Origin: Nitrospirota bacterium
Lineage (GTDB): Bacteria > Nitrospirota > UBA9217
Assembly: GCA_963749655.1 (NCBI GenBank)
Contig: CAVVOB010000013.1
Span: 160,001-224,000, forward strand
Reading direction: 5' to 3'
Length of the DNA: 64,000 nucleotides
Every line of letters begins with the position of its first letter. Position 1 is the first letter of the stretch. Positions 39,623-48,396 of this stretch are shown here, piece by piece. Made by a program: the position numbers and the translations under genes. Below the pieces are notes generated by a model. It worked only from the letters and a program-made list of their open reading frames with translations, was not told where the DNA came from and searched no databases.

Positions 39623-40489
39623 TCATGCAGCCAAAATTACCGGCTGATATGCTATCGGCATATTCCAGTATGCCTCATGGGGTGTCCGGTCGTCAAGGGA
39701 CGAGTGCGGACGTTCTTCGTTGTAGCGTCTGATCCATCTCTCGATGCCGTTCCTTGCCTCGCTGCCTGTTTCAAAAGCATGGAGATACACGCATTCGTAC
39801 TTCAGTGAGCGCCACAGCCGTTCGATCATCACGTTGTCCATCCAGCGGCCCTTGCTGTCCATGGAAATCCGTATTTCGGCGTCCTTCAGCACCTGGGTGA
39901 ACTCGAAGCTCGTGAACTGGCTGCCTTGATCCGTGTTGAAAATAAGGGGACTGCCGTGAGTTGAGAGCGCTTCCTTGAGCGCCTCGCAGCAGAATTCGGC
40001 ATCCAGGGTGTTGCTGAGCCGCCAGCTGAGGACTTTTCTGCTGTACCAGTCCATGATCGCCACGAGATACAGAAAGCCTTTTCTCATCGGGATGTACGTT
40101 ACGTCGGCGCACCATACGTGGTTCGGGTTCTCGATCGCCGCTCCTTTGAGCAGGTACGGGTAAATACGATGCTGCGGGTGCGGTTTGCTGGTATGGGGCT
40201 TCTGGTAGATCGCGGCGAGCCCCATGTGCTGCATCAATCGGCGAACGCGCTTCCGGTTCACCCAATAGCCCCGCCGCCGCAGGTAGCGGGCCATCTGCCG
40301 GGCGCCGTAGTACGGCGTCTCTAAAAACTGTTCGTCTATCAGCCGCATGAGCGTCAGGTTCGCTTGGGATTCTCCCAACGCCTCGTGATACCAGGATGAT
40401 CGGCTGATATCAAGCAGTCTGCATTGGCGGCTTATGCTGAGCCCTGGATGGTTCGGTTCCACCAGTGCCTTCCTTCGTTCGCGGCTCAT
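39623..40489 (-). CDS. IS3 transposase OrfB (DDE/rve)
   Basis: [30 protein letters not shown] and [10 protein letters not shown] motifs. Confidence 0.93.
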   Translation of the reverse strand: MSRERRKALVEPNHPGLSISRQCRLLDISRSSWYHEALGESQANLTLMRLIDEQFLETPYYGARQMARYLRRRGYWVNRKRVRRLMQHMGLAAIYQKPHTSKPHPQHRIYPYLLKGAAIENPNHVWCADVTYIPMRKGFLYLVAIMDWYSRKVLSWRLSNTLDAEFCCEALKEALSTHGSPLIFNTDQGSQFTSFEFTQVLKDAEIRISMDSKGRWMDNVMIERLWRSLKYECVYLHAFETGSEARNGIERWIRRYNEERPHSSLDDRTPHEAYWNMPIAYQPVILAA

Positions 40490-40773
40490 CGACCGAAGGC
40501 TTTCCCTAAAAAATCGCGTTCCACGGTCAGCTGGCCGATCTTGGCGTGCAGTTCCTTGATCTGCGCTTCGTGGGCGGCGTCATTTCGGCCCACCTTGCCC
40601 GTGAAGATATCCGCGAGGCCCTCAAGGGCCTGCTTCTTCCACTCGCTCACCTGATTGGGGTGGATGTTGAACCGTGTTGCGATTTCGGCGATCGTCAACT
40701 GCTCCTTGAGCGCCTCACGCACCACACGGGCCTTAAAATCCGCTGCGTACCTTTTCCTTTTCGTCTTGCTCAT
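40486..40773 (-). CDS. IS3 transposase OrfA (HTH)
   Basis: RKRYAADFKARV...IHPNQVSEWKKQ; ATGA overlap with orfB and a T6 run at 40508-40513. Confidence 0.9.
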   Translation of the reverse strand: MSKTKRKRYAADFKARVVREALKEQLTIAEIATRFNIHPNQVSEWKKQALEGLADIFTGKVGRNDAAHEAQIKELHAKIGQLTVERDFLGKAFGR

Positions 40774-40903
40774 TGCTCTGTGGCCTCCTTGTCGTTTGTC
40801 GTATTTTACACCTTATACGACTGTCCGACTTTCGGGGACCACCTCTTTGTTAAAAAGATGTGTGTAGTCATCGCTTATTCCAAATTTATTTGTTGGTTCA
40901 GGC

Positions 40904-40959
40904 TTGTAGCCTGAACCGAACCTTAATTCTGGTTCAATCAGAATGATTGAACCAGCGGG
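40904..40959. repeat. 56-bp hairpin-rich direct repeat, copy 1
   Basis: TTGTAGCCTGAACCGAACCTTAATTCTGGTTCAATCAGAATGATTGAACCAGCGGG; 55/56 identical to 41480-41535. Confidence 0.9.
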
Positions 40960-40967
40960 GACTGCAA

Positions 40968-41408
40968 CTAGGGTCTCGGCACTCGTTGAAAGTCATGGTC
41001 TATAAATGGCCATAATGCAATCATCGTCACCGAACCGATAAACCCCAAAAACAACAATGCAATAAAGGGGGCATATGAATCCACCCATTTGAACGATGGG
41101 ACAAGCGTTATAATCACCACGGTAACGGTTCCTAATCCGAGACCACCTGAGAATCCAGCAATGGCATTTTGCCAAAATTTACGCCACTGATGTTTAATTG
41201 ACAAACCGCAAATCGGGATACCAACAACGAAAGCGACAAGATACGATAGAATTATGCTGAATGTAAGCAGCCGACCGATGTCATCAGTTGCATCTCGAAA
41301 AGATGCATGAGAAACCGCCATGTCGACTGAAATAGCAAGGATCTCTATAACAACAGAGGTAGCAAGAGGTGAAAGTATGAATCCCAGCAGTAATTTTTTT
41401 GATATCAT
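40968..41408 (-). CDS. AT-rich four-TM hypothetical membrane protein
   Basis: 146 aa, four hydrophobic segments, AGGAAGG RBS; lies between the two 56-bp repeats. Confidence 0.7.
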   Translation of the reverse strand: MISKKLLLGFILSPLATSVVIEILAISVDMAVSHASFRDATDDIGRLLTFSIILSYLVAFVVGIPICGLSIKHQWRKFWQNAIAGFSGGLGLGTVTVVIITLVPSFKWVDSYAPFIALLFLGFIGSVTMIALWPFIDHDFQRVPRP

Positions 41409-41479
41409 GTCCTTCCTCTTGATGGTCCGGCTTCACTACTCATGTCGGGTTTTGCTCAGCCTCTACCCGACTTGTCACT

Positions 41480-41535
41480 TTGTAGCCTGAACCGAACCTT
41501 AATTCCGGTTCAATCAGAATGATTGAACCAGCGGG
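41480..41535. repeat. 56-bp hairpin-rich direct repeat, copy 2
   Basis: One mismatch to copy 1; adjacent hairpin GTCGGGT...ACCCGAC at 41445-41471. Confidence 0.9.
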
Positions 41536-41544
41536 AGCTGCCGT

Positions 41545-42126
41545 CTACACTTTGTCCCGCCCACTCTTCTGTTGCTCGCGAGCCTGCAATCGCGCTCTGG
41601 TCATGCGTTCGCGCAGGCCGCCGTCTTTCAGAAAATCCTTTTCCAGCCTCCGCATCTGCTGATCGAGCAAATAATTGGTCTGATGAATCAGGCAGATGGC
41701 AATATTCGCGACCACATCAGCCGGGCGGGTTTCGCAGAATTCCCGGTAAGCTTCATAGGTCGTATAGGGCTTGGTGCCGAGCTTTCTGACATACTGCGCT
41801 TCCTTGGAGTCTTTGTCCCAGATTGAAAAATCCCGCACACGCAGAAAATCCTTATAATCATCTAAAAGCTCTTCCAGGCTGGCCCGAGCCACATTGGTCA
41901 GCTTGATTTCCATTTCCTTGGAGGTGCCGGAAGCTTTGCTGTCTTCGACGATGTTCTGCTTACCCGATCGGGCCGCCTGCACCATCTGATCGATCGTGCG
42001 GTCGTTCTTTTTGAGAAATCGTTCACAGAACCGGAAAGTCAGGTCATAGACTACCTCGGCCTTCTGATAGGATAGCAGCTCCTGGTAGTTGCCGTGAGGC
42101 GGTATGAAAGTCTTGTCGTTTTCCAT
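41545..42126 (-). CDS. Four-helix-bundle protein with suffix domain (TIGR02436/TIGR04258-like)
   Basis: YQELLSYQKA, DQMVQAARSGKQNIVE, ARASLEELLDDY and F...GGLRERM motifs. Confidence 0.9.
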   Translation of the reverse strand: MENDKTFIPPHGNYQELLSYQKAEVVYDLTFRFCERFLKKNDRTIDQMVQAARSGKQNIVEDSKASGTSKEMEIKLTNVARASLEELLDDYKDFLRVRDFSIWDKDSKEAQYVRKLGTKPYTTYEAYREFCETRPADVVANIAICLIHQTNYLLDQQMRRLEKDFLKDGGLRERMTRARLQAREQQKSGRDKV

Positions 42127-42167
42127 AGGTCCTATAGGTCTTATAAGACTTATTTCAAAAGACCAAA

Positions 42168-43019
42168 CTAACGAGCAACCGTGGTCGTCGGCGCAGAGCC
42201 GGTGCTCTCCGCCTCTCTCTTGTACTTCACCCGGTACTGCAACTTCCCGGTCCCGTCGTAGTCGAAGTAGCCGATCTTGCCGTACTTGCCGTAGTTCTCG
42301 ATGGAGCCGACGCGCTTTCCGTTCGTCAGGTAGAGCTCTTCAAATTCGCAGGAGTTCTTGTCGTACTCCCTGGACCGGGATGTGACGATCCGTACTTTTT
42401 CCGTCATTCCGCTCAGGTCCACCTCAGCCTGCCGCATGTCGGCGAGGCTGATGTACTGCTTGTTCGTGTTCATAACCGGCCAGCCGGTGCGCAGGTATTC
42501 GCCCTTGTCCGTTCGCATGGAGGGAATGAACTCGGTCATGAGTTCGCCGATGAAGAACGCGTGCACGTCGGGCCTCGGCATTCCCCGTACGGTGAACAGG
42601 ATCGCGCCCGCCTGGGCATAGGCTGCAAAGCTCGGGCTCTCGGGCCGTTTCATGACCGATGAAACGTCGGAGCGGATCTTGGTGATCGCAGTTTCGGAGA
42701 AGTTCTTCCAGTTGACCTTGTAGAAACTGAGCGATGCTCCTGTTTCGTCCCTCATGGCGATCAGGCTCCGCATGAGGCGGTCCCCCAGCTCGATCGGGCT
42801 CGATCCGTAAGGATTGTCCTGTTCCGCGGGCGTCGAGGGAGACTCCGAGTTGTAGTACATGATGATGCAGTTTCCCACGCGGAGGGCATCGGGAAGATTG
42901 CCTTCGATGAGCGTCTTGGCTTCCCGCTCCGTGAGCGAGGAATCCAGGGCCAACGCTTTGTTCCCGAACAGCATCATCAGTACCAGCAGTGCCATTGCTG
43001 CATAAACATTCGTTTTCAT
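42168..43019 (-). CDS. Exported hypothetical protein
   Basis: AAGGA RBS, MKTNVYAAMALL signal peptide, 283 aa. Confidence 0.7.
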   Translation of the reverse strand: MKTNVYAAMALLVLMMLFGNKALALDSSLTEREAKTLIEGNLPDALRVGNCIIMYYNSESPSTPAEQDNPYGSSPIELGDRLMRSLIAMRDETGASLSFYKVNWKNFSETAITKIRSDVSSVMKRPESPSFAAYAQAGAILFTVRGMPRPDVHAFFIGELMTEFIPSMRTDKGEYLRTGWPVMNTNKQYISLADMRQAEVDLSGMTEKVRIVTSRSREYDKNSCEFEELYLTNGKRVGSIENYGKYGKIGYFDYDGTGKLQYRVKYKREAESTGSAPTTTVAR

Positions 43020-43038
43020 GTTTGGTCCTTTAAGCCCG

Positions 43039-43896
43039 TTATTCCTTCCTGCCGGAATGAGCGTCAATGATTTTCAGACTTTCCTGGTACACTTCTTTTT
43101 TAGGCAGCCCCAGTTCCTGCGCGGCCGCTGCTATTGCATCCTTCTTCGTCAAGCCGCGATGGATCATGAGGTTCCTGAGATAGTCGGCCGTGTCGACGTC
43201 CTGCTTCCGCGGTTCTTTTGATGCGCCATGGAGGATGATCGTGAATTCACCCTTGATGGTGCCCTCGTGCAGCCGTTTGAGCGCCTCATCGAGCGTTCCG
43301 CGGATGATCTCCTCATGGATCTTGGTCAGCTCCCGCGTGATCACGACCCGCCTGTCGCTGCCGAACGCGGCAAGCATGCCTTCGACGGTCCTGACGATCT
43401 TGTGCGGGGCTTCGTAAAAGATGATGGTGCGCTCCTCAGGGGCGAGCTCTTCCAGCCGCTTCTGCCGGGCAGCGGTCTTTGCCGGCAGAAAGCCCTCGAA
43501 CACGAACCTGTCCGTGGGCAAACCGGAGACCGAGAGGGCCGAGACCGCCGCCGTCGCGCCGGGCACCGGCACAACGGGGATCGACCGGTCGATCGCGAGG
43601 TTGATGAGAAAAAAACCGGGATCGGAGATGCCCGGCGTGCCTGCGTCGGAAACAAGGGCTATGGTGCTTCCCTCGAGCAGGCGGGCAACGAGGACCGGAG
43701 CTTTCTCCTCCTTGTTGTGGTCGTGGTAACTCGTGAGCTGCGTTTCGATCCCGTACCGGTCGAGCAGATGCCGGGTGTGTCGCGTGTCCTCGGCCGCTAT
43801 AAGGTCTGCTTCCTTCAGGATGCGGATCGCCCTGAGCGTGATGTCCTCGAGGTTTCCGATGGGCGTGGCGACGATGTAGAGAGTGCCGGTAGTCAT
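43039..43896 (-). CDS. rsmI: 16S rRNA (C1402) 2'-O-methyltransferase
   Basis: LYIVATPIGNLEDIT, AEDTR, SDAGTPGISDPG and RELTK.HEE motifs. Confidence 0.95.
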   Translation of the reverse strand: MTTGTLYIVATPIGNLEDITLRAIRILKEADLIAAEDTRHTRHLLDRYGIETQLTSYHDHNKEEKAPVLVARLLEGSTIALVSDAGTPGISDPGFFLINLAIDRSIPVVPVPGATAAVSALSVSGLPTDRFVFEGFLPAKTAARQKRLEELAPEERTIIFYEAPHKIVRTVEGMLAAFGSDRRVVITRELTKIHEEIIRGTLDEALKRLHEGTIKGEFTIILHGASKEPRKQDVDTADYLRNLMIHRGLTKKDAIAAAAQELGLPKKEVYQESLKIIDAHSGRKE

Positions 43897-43902
43897 AAAA
43901 AT

Positions 43903-43962
43903 AGGGTCCAGTAGCCGGGGTCCAGGGTCCGGGAAGATGCCTGATTCTTACTGGCCCCCTGA
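43903..43962. repeat. Inverted tandem-unit element, 7-nt unit GG(T/C)CCAG-like
   Basis: AGGGTCCAGTAGCCGGGGTCCAGGGTCCGG ... TACTGGCCCCCTGA; 14-nt inverted match at 58787-58800. Confidence 0.6.
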
Positions 43963-43966
43963 TGTC

Positions 43967-45688
43967 TCAGTAACTTCTATATCTATTCGTAATCGGGAAC
44001 CGGCGGTCCTTGCCCAGTCCGCGCGGCGTGATCTTGACCCCGGGAGGGGCCTGGCGGCGCTTGTATTCGCTCGAATCCACAAGGCGGATCACGCGCTCGA
44101 CCGTCTTGCGGTCGAAGCCCATGCGGATCATCTCCGCGAATTCCCGGTCGTCCTCTACATAGGCCTTCAGGATCGGGTCGAGGATGTCATATTCGGGCAG
44201 GGAATCGCTGTCTTTCTGGTTCGGCCGGAGCTCGGCGGTCGGCGGCTTGACCAGCACGCGCTTCGGGATGATCATCTTTCCCGCCAGGCGGTTGATGCAT
44301 CTGCACACGTCATAGACCATCGTTTTCGGCACGTCCTTGATCACGGCGAAGCCGCCGGCCATATCGCCGTAGAGCGTGGCGTAGCCCGTGGACATTTCGC
44401 TCTTGTTGCCCGTCGTAAGCACCAGCCAGCCGAACTTGTTCGAGAGCGCCATGAGAAGGTTTCCCCGGATGCGCGCCTGGAGGTTCTCCTCGGTCACGTC
44501 CTGTTTGGTGTCCGCGAACACCCGCCGCAGCGTATTGAGATAGGCGCTGAAGGGCTGGTGAATGGGGATCGTCATCATCGGGATGCCGAGATTGCAGGCG
44601 AGGTCGGCGGCGTCGTCGCGGCTTTCGTCGGAGCTGAACTCCGACGGCATGAACACGCCGTGGACGTTTTCCTTGCCGACGGCTTCCACGGCCACGGCCG
44701 CCACGAGCGACGAATCGATGCCGCCCGAGAGGCCGATGACCACGGTCTTGAACCCCGTTTTTCGCACATAGTCCCGGGTGCCGAGGACGAGGGCGCGGTA
44801 GACTTCCTCGCACATGATGCAGGGCCTGACGACACGGGCAGGGGGCAGGGGCTTTTTTCGAGCCGCAGGTCTGGTTGAAATGACGACGGTGTCGATGGAG
44901 TCGCGGTACTCGTCGAGGATCATCTCCGAATCGAGGTCCACGGGATTGTACGGTCCCGGCAGCTTGAGGTCGTAGGTGATCAGCTCCTCCTCGAATTGCT
45001 TTCCCGCGGCGAGCACTTTCCCCTTCGGGTCCAGGATCATGCTGTGGCCGTCGAAGACGAGCTCGTCCTGGCCGCCGACGGTATTGGCATAGACGACGTA
45101 GACGTCGTTTTCCTTCGCCCGCAGGGCGAGCATCTGCTGGCGCTCGCGGCCCTTTGCCTTGTGATAGGGCGAGGCGTTTATGGCAATGATGACCTCCGCG
45201 CCCGCCAGGGCCTGGGTGCGGGCGGGGCCGTCGGCATACCAGATGTCCTCGCAGATGTTGATGCCGATGTTCACGCCCTTGATCGTGATGACAGGGAAGC
45301 GCGTGCCGGGCTTGAAATACCGGTACTCGTCGAAGACGCCGTAATTCGGCAGCAGCATCTTGTGGTAGACATGGACGAGCGCTCCGTCGCTGATGATCGC
45401 GGCCGCGTCGTAGATGTGTTCGTTCCTGTCCACGAAGCCCACAACGGCCGCGATCCCCTTTGCCGCCCGGGTGATCTCTTTCAGCGTGCGGACATTGTCC
45501 CTCACGAACTGGGGCTTGAGCACCAGGTCCTCGGGCGGATAGCCGGTAACGGCCAGCTCGGTAAAGACGACGACATCGGCGCTCCGTGCATGCGCGCGGC
45601 GCATGTACTCGATGATCTTGTCCCTGTTGCCCTTGAGGTCGCCGACGGTCGGATTGATCTGGGCCATGGCGATACGGATCGTGCGCAT
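43967..45688 (-). CDS. nadE: Glutamine-dependent NAD+ synthetase
   Basis: Nitrilase-like domain (ICEDIW, NASPY) plus GLSGGIDS, ENLQARIRG, TGNKSE and EYKRRQ. Confidence 0.96.
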   Translation of the reverse strand: MRTIRIAMAQINPTVGDLKGNRDKIIEYMRRAHARSADVVVFTELAVTGYPPEDLVLKPQFVRDNVRTLKEITRAAKGIAAVVGFVDRNEHIYDAAAIISDGALVHVYHKMLLPNYGVFDEYRYFKPGTRFPVITIKGVNIGINICEDIWYADGPARTQALAGAEVIIAINASPYHKAKGRERQQMLALRAKENDVYVVYANTVGGQDELVFDGHSMILDPKGKVLAAGKQFEEELITYDLKLPGPYNPVDLDSEMILDEYRDSIDTVVISTRPAARKKPLPPARVVRPCIMCEEVYRALVLGTRDYVRKTGFKTVVIGLSGGIDSSLVAAVAVEAVGKENVHGVFMPSEFSSDESRDDAADLACNLGIPMMTIPIHQPFSAYLNTLRRVFADTKQDVTEENLQARIRGNLLMALSNKFGWLVLTTGNKSEMSTGYATLYGDMAGGFAVIKDVPKTMVYDVCRCINRLAGKMIIPKRVLVKPPTAELRPNQKDSDSLPEYDILDPILKAYVEDDREFAEMIRMGFDRKTVERVIRLVDSSEYKRRQAPPGVKITPRGLGKDRRFPITNRYRSY

Positions 45689-45703
45689 GCGGCTCCTCGA
45701 TTT

Positions 45704-46264
45704 CTATTCCAGAGAATACCACCAGTCGATCTTCGTGACGATGTCGTTGCTGAGATGGAAGGCGACGTACGATTCAACGCCCTGGTGGTTGCGGTACATG
45801 ACCTCGTCCGTCCGTTCGCCGGACGGCTTGCCCAGAAGGGCGATAACTGCGGCTTTCGATACGCCCACGTTCAGGTCCCACTTCAGCTTGTACTTGTCCT
45901 TCGTGATGGATACGTGCTGGAGCAATTCCTGGTTCTCCGCGGCGGCACGGTACAGAACGATGTACAGGCCGTCGTAAACCAGCTCGATGATCTCATCCCT
46001 TATTTCGTCGGAAGGGTTCGTAACGAAGGGGGATGGATCTTTTGCCCTTTTAACGGAGACGCTCAGGGGATCGCCGAGGTTCCTGATGATCCGCGCGCGG
46101 GTATGCCCCATTTTGAAGGCAAACCCGTGGTCGATGAACTGGTCGGATTTTGCCAGGGAGCTGTCCATCGCGTCGGAGTCCGCAGATGAGGTCTTCGTCG
46201 TTCCTGCGCAGCCGGCAACGAGCATGATGCATGACAGGCAGAGAAGGCACAGAGCGTTCTTCAT
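45704..46264 (-). CDS. Hypothetical lipoprotein
   Basis: Lipobox VAGC; ATGA overlap with the larC stop. Confidence 0.75.
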   Translation of the reverse strand: MKNALCLLCLSCIMLVAGCAGTTKTSSADSDAMDSSLAKSDQFIDHGFAFKMGHTRARIIRNLGDPLSVSVKRAKDPSPFVTNPSDEIRDEIIELVYDGLYIVLYRAAAENQELLQHVSITKDKYKLKWDLNVGVSKAAVIALLGKPSGERTDEVMYRNHQGVESYVAFHLSNDIVTKIDWWYSLE

Positions 46265-47466
46265 GGGTGATTACCTCCATCGGGGATAGGACCGCAGGCC
46301 TGTTCGCGCAGGCACCGTTTCGCTTCCTCTATGACCGTCTTGAGGGGGACCTGCCGCGCTTCGGCTGCGGCGCGGCAGTCCTCGTACTCAGGGGTCGCTG
46401 TCAGGACCTCGCCCTCCCGTTTGCTGATCTTGATCCGTATATCCCCGTAGATCGTCCTGACAAGCACGATCTCGCGGCTCAGTTTTTTTCTGCCGACTTC
46501 CGTGATGCGCACGCCGATGCTTGTGGTCTCGCGAAAAACAATGTCGAGCATCGCGTCGGACAGCGTGCGGTCGGCCAGCACCGAGAGCAGGATGCCGGGC
46601 CGCCCCTTCTTCATGAGAATGGGGGTGAGGTAGGCGTCCTGGGCGCCTCGGAGCAGCAGCGTTTCGATGAGGTAGCCGTAAACCTGCGGGTTCAGGTCGT
46701 CGATGTTCGTTTCGATCAGGACCGACGTGTCTTCGTCGTACGCTGCCGCAGGCTCACCGATCAGCAGCCGCAGAACGTTGGGCTGACCCGGTATGTCCTT
46801 GCCGCCGGCGCCGTGGGCGATGTTTCTGATCTTCATCCCCGGGACAGGGCCGAAGGATGAGCTCACGCACGTCAGGATTGCGGCGCCTGTCGGCGTCGCC
46901 AGCTCGAAGGGCACGGCCGACCCGTAGGCGGGTATCCCTTTGAGCAGCTCGACCGTGGCCGGCGCGGGGACCGGCAGGACCCCGTGAGCTGTTGCCACGG
47001 TTCCCGAGCCGAGGTTGATGGGAGATGCCCGGATTTCCATGATGCCGAGCAGCTCCAGGCCGATCATGGATCCGACGATGTCGACCATGGCGTCGACAGC
47101 GCCGACTTCGTGAAAATGTACCTTGTCGACGTCCGTGCCGTGCACCTTTGCCTCCGCTTCCGCAAGCCGGGAGAATACTGCGAGACTCTTCTCCTTCACC
47201 GTTGCGGAAAGGGAAGACGATTGGATGATGGTCCTGATGTCCGGCAGATGGCGCGACGGCTGCTCGCTCCCGGCGAGACAGACATGCACCTTGGTGGCCG
47301 CGATGCCCGAGCGCGTCACTTTCAGGGCAGTGATCTCGTAGCCGGGGAGGTTCAGCTTCTCAAGCTCCGAGCGCAGAACGTCGATGCCCACGCCCGCGTC
47401 CACGAGCGCGCCGAGGATCATGTCGCCGGATATTCCGGAAAAGCAGTCGATGTAAGCGAGAGTCAT
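46261..47466 (-). CDS. larC: Nickel-pincer cofactor nickel insertase
   Basis: DCFSGISGDM, VHFHEVGAVD, ETNIDD, MKKGRPG and PEYEDC motifs. Confidence 0.95.
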   Translation of the reverse strand: MTLAYIDCFSGISGDMILGALVDAGVGIDVLRSELEKLNLPGYEITALKVTRSGIAATKVHVCLAGSEQPSRHLPDIRTIIQSSSLSATVKEKSLAVFSRLAEAEAKVHGTDVDKVHFHEVGAVDAMVDIVGSMIGLELLGIMEIRASPINLGSGTVATAHGVLPVPAPATVELLKGIPAYGSAVPFELATPTGAAILTCVSSSFGPVPGMKIRNIAHGAGGKDIPGQPNVLRLLIGEPAAAYDEDTSVLIETNIDDLNPQVYGYLIETLLLRGAQDAYLTPILMKKGRPGILLSVLADRTLSDAMLDIVFRETTSIGVRITEVGRKKLSREIVLVRTIYGDIRIKISKREGEVLTATPEYEDCRAAAEARQVPLKTVIEEAKRCLREQACGPIPDGGNHP

Positions 47467-47496
47467 GATTGATTCCAGCCACGAATAGACGTTTTG

Positions 47497-47608
47497 GCCA
47501 CGAATTGACACGAATTTACACGAATTGGAAAAGGCTTAGAATATAAAAAGGTAATACGTTTGTCCTTAGTTTGTCTTTAATTCGTGCCAATTCGTGTAAA
47601 TTCGTGGC
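47497..47608. repeat. Inverted tandem-unit element, 10-nt unit CACGAATT(GA/TA)
   Basis: GCCACGAATTGACACGAATTTACACGAATT / AATTCGTGCCAATTCGTGTAAATTCGTGGC. Confidence 0.85.
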
Positions 47609-47612
47609 TAAA

Positions 47613-48371
47613 CTAAGGCCTTTCTCCGAGTAAATTTATCCTGTGCGCCAGCACGCCCGCGCCATAGCCGTTGTCGATGTTCATGACCGCTATGCCGGAT
47701 GCGCATGAATTCAGCATCGTGAGGAGAGGCGCCAGTCCTGCGAACGCCGCGCCGTAGCCGACACTCGTGGGCACGGCGATCACGGGCTTGTCCACGAGAC
47801 CGCCCACGACGGACGGCAGGGCGCCATCCATGCCCGCTGCCACCACGACGACCCGCGCCGCTTCGAGCAGGTCCCTCTTGCTCAGGACGCGGTGGATGCC
47901 GGCCACGCCCACATCATAGACGGTCTGCACCGTACTGCCCAGAGCGTCAGCGGTGACCGCGGCCTCCTCGGCAACGGGGATGTCCGACGTCCCCGCGGTC
48001 AGCACCAGCACGATGCCCTTTGTCGGTTTCTTCGGAGCATGCCTTACCACGATCGTGCGCGAGGCCTCGTGATACTCGGCGCGACGGTCGATCTTCCTGA
48101 CGGCGCGGTACATCGCCTCGTTCGCCCGGGTCGCCAGGACGTCGCTCTTGTTCGCCAGCAGGCGCTTTGCGATTCCGGCAACCTGGTCGAGGGTCTTTCC
48201 TTCGCAGTAGATGACCTCGGGCATGCCGTGGCGCAGATGGCGATGGTGGTCTATGTGGGCAAAGGCGACATCCTCGAAGGGCAGGTGCCTGAGCCGGGCG
48301 AGGGCGGTATCAACATCCGTCTTTCCCGACTGCACGTCTTTGAGGAGCTTTGCGATGTCAGTTTTGTTCAT
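47613..48371 (-). CDS. larB: Nickel-pincer cofactor NaAD carboxylase/hydrolase
   Basis: PEVIYCEGK, AGTSDIPVAEEA, DVGVAG, PTSVGYGA and NIDNG motifs. Confidence 0.95.
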   Translation of the reverse strand: MNKTDIAKLLKDVQSGKTDVDTALARLRHLPFEDVAFAHIDHHRHLRHGMPEVIYCEGKTLDQVAGIAKRLLANKSDVLATRANEAMYRAVRKIDRRAEYHEASRTIVVRHAPKKPTKGIVLVLTAGTSDIPVAEEAAVTADALGSTVQTVYDVGVAGIHRVLSKRDLLEAARVVVVAAGMDGALPSVVGGLVDKPVIAVPTSVGYGAAFAGLAPLLTMLNSCASGIAVMNIDNGYGAGVLAHRINLLGERP

Positions 48372-48396
48372 GCCGATCCTGTCCGCAGAAGAGCGA

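Larger units (their letters stand above)
39562..40846 (-). mobile_element. IS3-family insertion sequence, complete
   Basis: 26-bp IRs AGAGGTGGTCCCC.....T.GGACAG (21/26); 3-bp direct repeat TTG at 39559-39561 and 40847-40849. Confidence 0.92.
39093..40871 (-). pseudogene. AT-rich multi-TM membrane protein gene interrupted by IS3
   Basis: Removing the IS and one TTG restores MTTHIFLT-IVFAYAVFLAWK-MSRTFLLQ...; a shift at a G4 run near 39224 extends it with ILLLTIILTGNL...KKALPVA* to 39093. Confidence 0.7.

Noticed and set aside
40904-41535. Integron attC sites
   Set aside because: No RYYYAAC...GTTRRRY boundaries and no intI in the window; kept only as a cassette-like finding.
41545-42126. Diversity-generating retroelement based on the Avd-like fold
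   Set aside because: No reverse transcriptase and no TR/VR pair with adenine-specific mismatches was seen.
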